This document shows positions 58,525 through 64,000 of a stretch of 64,000 bases of DNA, one piece after another. The notes beneath the pieces were generated by a model. It was not told the DNA's origin. It ran no database searches and worked only from the letters and a program-made list of their open reading frames with translations. The stretch comes from Eledone cirrhosa (Eukaryota), in NCBI GenBank assembly GCA_964016885.1, contig OZ024745.1, forward strand, positions 30,752,001 to 30,816,000. The letters are read 5' to 3'. Within the stretch, counting starts at the first letter, position 1. The number at the start of each line of letters is the position of its first letter. Both the position numbers and the translations under genes were made by a program.

Positions 58525-60051
58525 TCAGTGATCCAATATTCTTAAGTTACCTGATACAATTTTGTTCTCAAGACAAGCTCCCGTTGGAATATCGATCCGA
58601 TCACCATGATTGGCGATAATGATCACAGTTCCTTTTAGACTGACCGATTTACCAAACGTTACGTCACCAGACACGGTGAGATGATCTAGCTCCAACATGT
58701 CTGGAATGCTGGCAAACCTCTGCAGGAATTCCTTCACCTTCTGGAACTGGATACCGAGTTTAACTAATGGCACTGACGGGAACGAACGTTGAGGGCTCAT
58801 CTCTAAAGCCCCGGTTCTCATTTTATATAAATTGCTCATCACCAAAAGTAAATCGGAGGTGGTTTTCACAGGAAGAAATCTCTTTCTTGGTACATTAATA
58901 CCTATGGCTCCATCAAAGCTTTTGATAGCCGCACCTGAAGCGGTCTCCAGCTGGATCACATTAATTCCATTGTCAAGAGTTTTAGGATTAACAATAATTT
59001 CCATGTGCAGTGTCCGTTCATCTATGACCCTTTGCAAAGCACTCAGCTTAATCCACAAATTGTTTGTGTTGAAAATTTTAAATTTACTCACACTTTTAAA
59101 CTCATCAACGTGTTCTTTGGGTACCTGGGCTATCTCCAGTAACCTTAGTTTACCGTCGTAATCCACGAGAGTACCACCTTTCACATCACCCCTTGTTTTA
59201 TCGGTAACTTCCATAACAAACTCGGGTGCCATCCCTCCAAGTGGAGGGTTAATTAAGTGGTTCAGAATATGAAGGTCAACAGTGGCTCCCAAGTTATCAA
59301 TGTTGGACACAAATACATACTCACGACCGGCGGCTATAAATTCTTCTAAAAGACCAGCTGCTGCAAAACTTTCATAAATATCACCGTGCCCTGGAGGGTA
59401 CCAGCTCGGGGTACCATCAGAGCTATGAGTTGACATACATTTAGGTATTGGCAGAAGAGATTCTCTGTTAATTCTTGGGAATTTACTTTGGTTAAAAGTA
59501 TAAATACGTACTTTGATCTGATTGTACTTGCCTAGAATCTTCTCGGTGTCCTCGTCTGTGTTAAAGGAATTCATGAGTACCAAGGGTACGTCCGCATCAT
59601 AAGATTTGTTGAGGTACTCAATTTGTTGGACTGTCATGTCTAGGAAAGTAAGGTCATTCCTCACAGATATGGCACTTTTAGGTCCCTGGCAACCCATACT
59701 GGTGCCCAGACCACCGTTTAATTTGAGGACAACCAACTTGTTTAACATATTCTTCATATTTGACAGTTCTGTCCGTTGGATTTCGTTGTAGTTCTTTATG
59801 GCATCGTCTGGCAGTACTTTAATTTTTTCCCAGTTGAGTGAAGTACCAGCTTCTTGTAAGTATCTTTCGAACAAAAGCTGGAAGCGATCTAGTTCATTTT
59901 TCACTTTAGGCTGTTGAGCCAGTGGAGCGGTTTGTATCAATTTGTTTAGTTCTTTATGCATGGCTAACTGGGCATCTCTTCGTATCAACTCCTTGAATTC
60001 TATGTCACTCGACGTTCGCCGATGACCCTTCACAAAAGCTGTGTTGGCCAT
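58525..60051 (-). CDS. UGP2: UTP--glucose-1-phosphate uridylyltransferase (UDP-glucose pyrophosphorylase), single-exon CDS, 508 aa
   Basis: Motifs LKLNGGLGTSMGCQGPKS, PLVLMNSFNT, WYPPGHGD, VSNIDNLGATVD, KGGTL, LLEIAQVP, FNTNNLW, RFLPVK and a C-terminal beta-helix ending VSGNLRILDH*. The first ATG (aacATGg) is at 60051; the track's 60066 start is a TTG. Confidence 0.97.
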   Translation of the reverse strand: MANTAFVKGHRRTSSDIEFKELIRRDAQLAMHKELNKLIQTAPLAQQPKVKNELDRFQLLFERYLQEAGTSLNWEKIKVLPDDAIKNYNEIQRTELSNMKNMLNKLVVLKLNGGLGTSMGCQGPKSAISVRNDLTFLDMTVQQIEYLNKSYDADVPLVLMNSFNTDEDTEKILGKYNQIKVRIYTFNQSKFPRINRESLLPIPKCMSTHSSDGTPSWYPPGHGDIYESFAAAGLLEEFIAAGREYVFVSNIDNLGATVDLHILNHLINPPLGGMAPEFVMEVTDKTRGDVKGGTLVDYDGKLRLLEIAQVPKEHVDEFKSVSKFKIFNTNNLWIKLSALQRVIDERTLHMEIIVNPKTLDNGINVIQLETASGAAIKSFDGAIGINVPRKRFLPVKTTSDLLLVMSNLYKMRTGALEMSPQRSFPSVPLVKLGIQFQKVKEFLQRFASIPDMLELDHLTVSGDVTFGKSVSLKGTVIIIANHGDRIDIPTGACLENKIVSGNLRILDH

Positions 60052-60271
60052 GTTGCTTCTTAACAAGAGGATGCTAATATCAATATATAATAACTATATA
60101 CCCAAGACGATCGGCGAAGAAAAATGTGTGTTGAGAGTGATAAAAAGGTTTTCTTTATAGGAAATTGATTTATCAACAGTGTAGCAGAGTAGTCTGAAGT
60201 AGTGCCGCTTGTAAACGATATTTGACACGTAATATATATATATACCGAGGAACGACTGAACACCAGTCATG

Positions 60272-60306
<35 letters not shown>

Positions 60307-60834
60307 TATGAGAGAGAGAGTATATATATGTAAGGAGTATATATATATATTTTATATAATATAACAACGATTTCCTTGTTGCTTTTTTAAGGAGGATTTG
60401 CGTATTTCGAAAGGAAGGAGAGAAAATAGCTGAGTTCAGTTTATCAGTTCATAATCAAACACAACACGAAGTTTATCTTTTACGACATATATATATATAT
60501 ATAAACGACATAGAAGACGTTTAAACAGTGTTGTGTTGTGGGTGTGATTGATGATGGCTACCAATAACAACACCAAGAAGATATCGGCGAATTAAGAGGG
60601 GTGTTGCTGTATGAACAAAAAATAACTGAGCTTGCCTGTCTTAGATGTAAGTAATGTAGTCCTCCAGGTTGGAATATATGTTTATGTGTGCCACCAACTA
60701 ATCTTAGTAGTTGGTTTGGGCTTTTTTTTTTAGAAGGAAGATTTTTGATGTGTTATGCCAACGACACAGCAACTGCCTACAATTTTAATGAGGCAGCTTG
60801 GCTGGCGGACAACATCCATATGTCAAGGTGATAC

Positions 60835-60856
60835 CGTCCTTTATAGGGCGGGGGAA
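60835..60856 (-). promoter_or_regulatory. Candidate core promoter for the UGP gene (GC box next to TATAAA)
   Basis: Minus strand reads CCCCGCCCTATAAAGG about 790 bp upstream of the ATG in a locally GC-richer patch. Motif evidence only. Confidence 0.3.
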
Positions 60857-62009
60857 GGTGAAGGTCGCTTATCTGCCCCTGCATTGCTGCAGTACACCGC
60901 CACTAGGGGAACACACGCAACCCCCCCCCCCCCCCCATATACATTTAAAGAGTAGCATATACATAGCACACACAGTCATACATTTAATGAGCAGTAGTAA
61001 CAATCAGACAGGTTTATGCACGTACACCAAGAGAGCGCAGTACACACTCTTATGTACGTATGTATATATATATATATATATATTGAAATTTCGTATTTCT
61101 AAAGAAAAAAATACGGTATGTTTATGGATAAACATTTAGAAAGCCGCAGCATGCAAAACACCGGGGTTATCGCCCTATGAGTAAAGAGCAGTATATATAT
61201 ATGCGTATGTATCTGTATCTATGGAGCCGTATAAACACATATAATAAAATACACATATACGTTTACAAAGTAGCTTACAAACATACACACACATGGAATG
61301 TATTATACATATACATATATTATAAAATTGTGCGCATATACATTAAAAGTCCTGCTACACTTACACAGAGACCTGCATATACATCTTAAGAAGTGCTACA
61401 CACACTCTCTAGAATGTCGTATGTATACACGTGAAAACCTGTAACTACTTAGGTAGTAGCTAAATATTCACTTGCATATAGACCAGTGCGTGGCACACAC
61501 ATAGATATATTTACATATGCTGTAGTGCCCACACACATACAGAAAACAAAGGAATTTTGGCATAATTAAATAGAAATCATCAGTTTCACGTAAATAGATA
61601 GTAAAATATCATATATTGCTACGTTCAAATTATATACATACTGAAAGCTAGCAAACGGATATATTCACGTTCACCCACTATATTAACTGCTGGCAATCAG
61701 CTATATACACGTTCGCAAACTATATAATGAAATCTGGCAAATAGATGTACACATGTTCATACACTAAATACTTATATTAACAGTTAGCATATGGCCCTAT
61801 ACACGTTCGCTGACAATATACATATAGTAATTGTTGGCTGTATACACATTCGTTCTCTCTCTCTTTCTCTGATAACGGATATTAATCAAGTATACTGTAT
61901 TGAAACATGTAAAGCAAATGATTTAAAAGAATTCTATTCTGTCATCTTTATATATATATGGCTATATACATATAATAGCTGTTGGCAAATGGCTATATAC
62001 ACCGTCGAA

Positions 62010-62305
62010 CAGAAGTTGTGAGTTCGATTCTCGGACCGAGTGATGCGTTGTTTTCTTGAGCAAGACACTTTATTTCACGTTTCTCCAGTTCATTCAGCTG
62101 TAGAAATGAATTACGACGTTACTGGTGTCTAGCAGTATCAGCCATCGGCCTTCTCTTGGACAACATTGGTGGTGTGGAGAGGGGCGACCGGTATACATCA
62201 GCGACTGCTGGTTTTCTACAAACAAACTTACCTGAACTTGTGCCTCGGTGCAAATCTAGTTGCATATCCCATGATCATTCATGACCGAAGGGGGGCTTTA
62301 ACCTT
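62010..62305 (+). mobile_element. SINE family B copy (5' clipped)
   Basis: GTTGTGAGTTCGATTCTCGGACCG...CTTGAGCAAGACACTTTATTTCACGTT. Confidence 0.7.
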
Positions 62306-62369
62306 ACACACACATATAGTTAAAAGTTAGTGCCCGACGACTGAGCTCATGTATATATATATATATATA

Positions 62370-63086
62370 CTCCCAGTTCCCATTAAAATGCCCAGTGCCC
62401 CTCAGACCAAAAATGAAATCAAAATATAGGACAGATAATCAAAAGCGAAAACAAATTCATTTACGACAGAATATTTTTGATGCATTGGTCAGGCGAAAAA
62501 ATGTTTGTCAGAGAAGTTGAGTATTGCTATAAGGAAAATAATAGAAACCCCATTAGGGGGTTTCATTGCTGAAAAGTTGTAAATAGGTATCATATCTTGT
62601 CATTTACCTATGGTTTAAATTTCATATAAATCGAAAGGAAAAAATTTCACCGGGGTTTTGTGCCCCGGGGAACCCTTTGATTAAAATGAAATATACTTAT
62701 CCAAGTACCCTGGGCAATGTAGTTTCAGAATATATATGGTTATGGGGGTCTATCTCCCAAACCATAGAAGGAGATCGTGAAATCTTGTTCCATTTATTGG
62801 CCAAAATTTTCACTATAGGGGTTTTAACCCCCATTAGGGTGTCTTATTATAATTGAAATTTTGTGAATAGGCATCATATCTTGTCAATTTCATATAAATC
62901 GAAGGGAAAAAAAATCAAGCGGCGGTTTGAACCCCGGGAAACCCTTTGATTAAAATGAAATAAACGTAAGAAATCAAATGGGCATGAGCCCCACACACGT
63001 GTCAAGTTTCATCAAGATCTGTTTGGTAGTTTTTTAGTTTTAGGTTCACAAACAAACAGACAGAAATTGCTATTTATGTATATAGA
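62370..63086 (-). mobile_element. Helitron-like non-autonomous element with internal duplication
   Basis: Minus 5' end TCTATATACATAAATAGCAATTTCTGTCTGTTTGTTTG resembles those at 47333 and 48272. About 62545-62690 recurs at about 62825-62960. The 3' end is not identified. Confidence 0.5.
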
Positions 63087-63087
63087 T

Positions 63088-63135
<48 letters not shown>

Positions 63136-63304
63136 TAAAATAACAGATTAAAATTTAAGCAAAGAATCACTGCTTTCACCCTTAACGGGATCTTCTGAAA
63201 CATTTGCTCTAGGGTTCTTATATATTTGATATATACTTATCCTTATCGAGCCCTCTTTGGATTTTAGTCTTCAAATTTATTATTACTATATATACACATA
63301 TATA

Positions 63305-63600
63305 CAGTCGAGTCCGCTTCAGAGTATATCGGATAAGAGTATAGACCGCTTAAGAGTATAGCATAATCAATTCCCGAATGTATGTACTATGTTTTGTACA
63401 GTGCATGGGTCCACTTAAGAGTATAGTTCGCATAAGAGTATAGCATAATCAATTCCCGAATGTATGTACTATGTTTTGTACAGTGCATGGGTCCGCTTAA
63501 GAGTATAGTTCGCATAAGAGTATAGCATAATCAATTCCCGTTTATATATTTTCTATATAATTTAGTCCGAATAAGAGTATAATGAATACGGTAAAGTAAA
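63305..63600. mobile_element. pogo/Tigger-like transposon end with repeated TAAGAGTATA motifs and an 82 bp tandem duplication
   Basis: TA|CAGTCGAGTCCGCT... start, with in-phase TAAGAGTATA at 63351, 63433 and 63515. Confidence 0.5.
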
Positions 63601-63796
63601 TTGGGCTTATAATGTAACATAACCATTTTAAAACAATTCAAAATGATAATAGAAGAGGAGGAAGAAGAAGATTATATTGAAACCGAATTAACTAGAAAGG
63701 TTAGTATGTATTCAAAAGTAGAAACAATTATTTTTATATTTATAATATGAATGTGCATAGGTAACTAACATAACTTTAATCATTTATCAATATTTT

Positions 63797-63985
63797 GTTG
63801 GCAGTATCGGTAGAGAGTCGGATGCCATGCTTTGCAGCAAAGAGTTACGGCCCTTTATGATCTGAGTTCAAATCCCGCGAAGGTTAACTTTGCCTTTCAT
63901 CCTCACGGGGTCGATAAAATAAAGTACCAGTCACGCACTGTGGTCGATTTAATCGACTTTCCCCTCCTGTGCCTACATAAGAAAC
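63797..63985 (+). mobile_element. SINE family A copy
   Basis: Matches the family consensus. Confidence 0.8.
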
Positions 63986-64000
63986 CAATATTTTAGATCT

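Noticed and set aside
60052-60066. Five-residue N-terminal extension of UGP from the ORF track
   Set aside because: It starts at TTG, while the ATG at 60051 has a strong context and gives a typical 508 aa length. An upstream exon cannot be excluded.

Overview
Repeat-saturated, AT-rich eukaryotic genomic DNA. The repeat inventory (very long (AT)n arrays, RTE LINEs with (GAT)n tails, tRNA-derived SINEs) fits a mollusc, probably an octopod cephalopod; this is inference. One clear host gene is present: an intronless UTP--glucose-1-phosphate uridylyltransferase (UGP2-like, minus strand, 58525-60051, 508 aa). Its N-terminus carries a PAS-kinase-type HxRxxS motif. The rest is mobile DNA. It includes a near full-length RTE LINE (APE+RT, one nonsense codon) with a PHD finger inside the RT region, several truncated RTE copies and Penelope-like element (PLE) GIY-YIG remnants. 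It also holds two SINE families, non-autonomous Helitrons, Tc1/mariner/pogo MITEs, a CRE-like remnant and minisatellites. The main signal not shown by the ORF track is about 17 type I hammerhead ribozyme (HHR) motifs of about 9 sequence types, all found by eye. Most have a palindromic stem III. They lie in non-coding units that form 1.3-1.4-mer direct repeats (periods about 430, 466 and 591 bp) or head-to-head foldbacks next to (AT)n arrays. This is the architecture expected of retrozymes or non-autonomous PLE derivatives, possibly with circular RNA intermediates. The Ile/Tyr-rich ORFs in the track are microsatellite artefacts.
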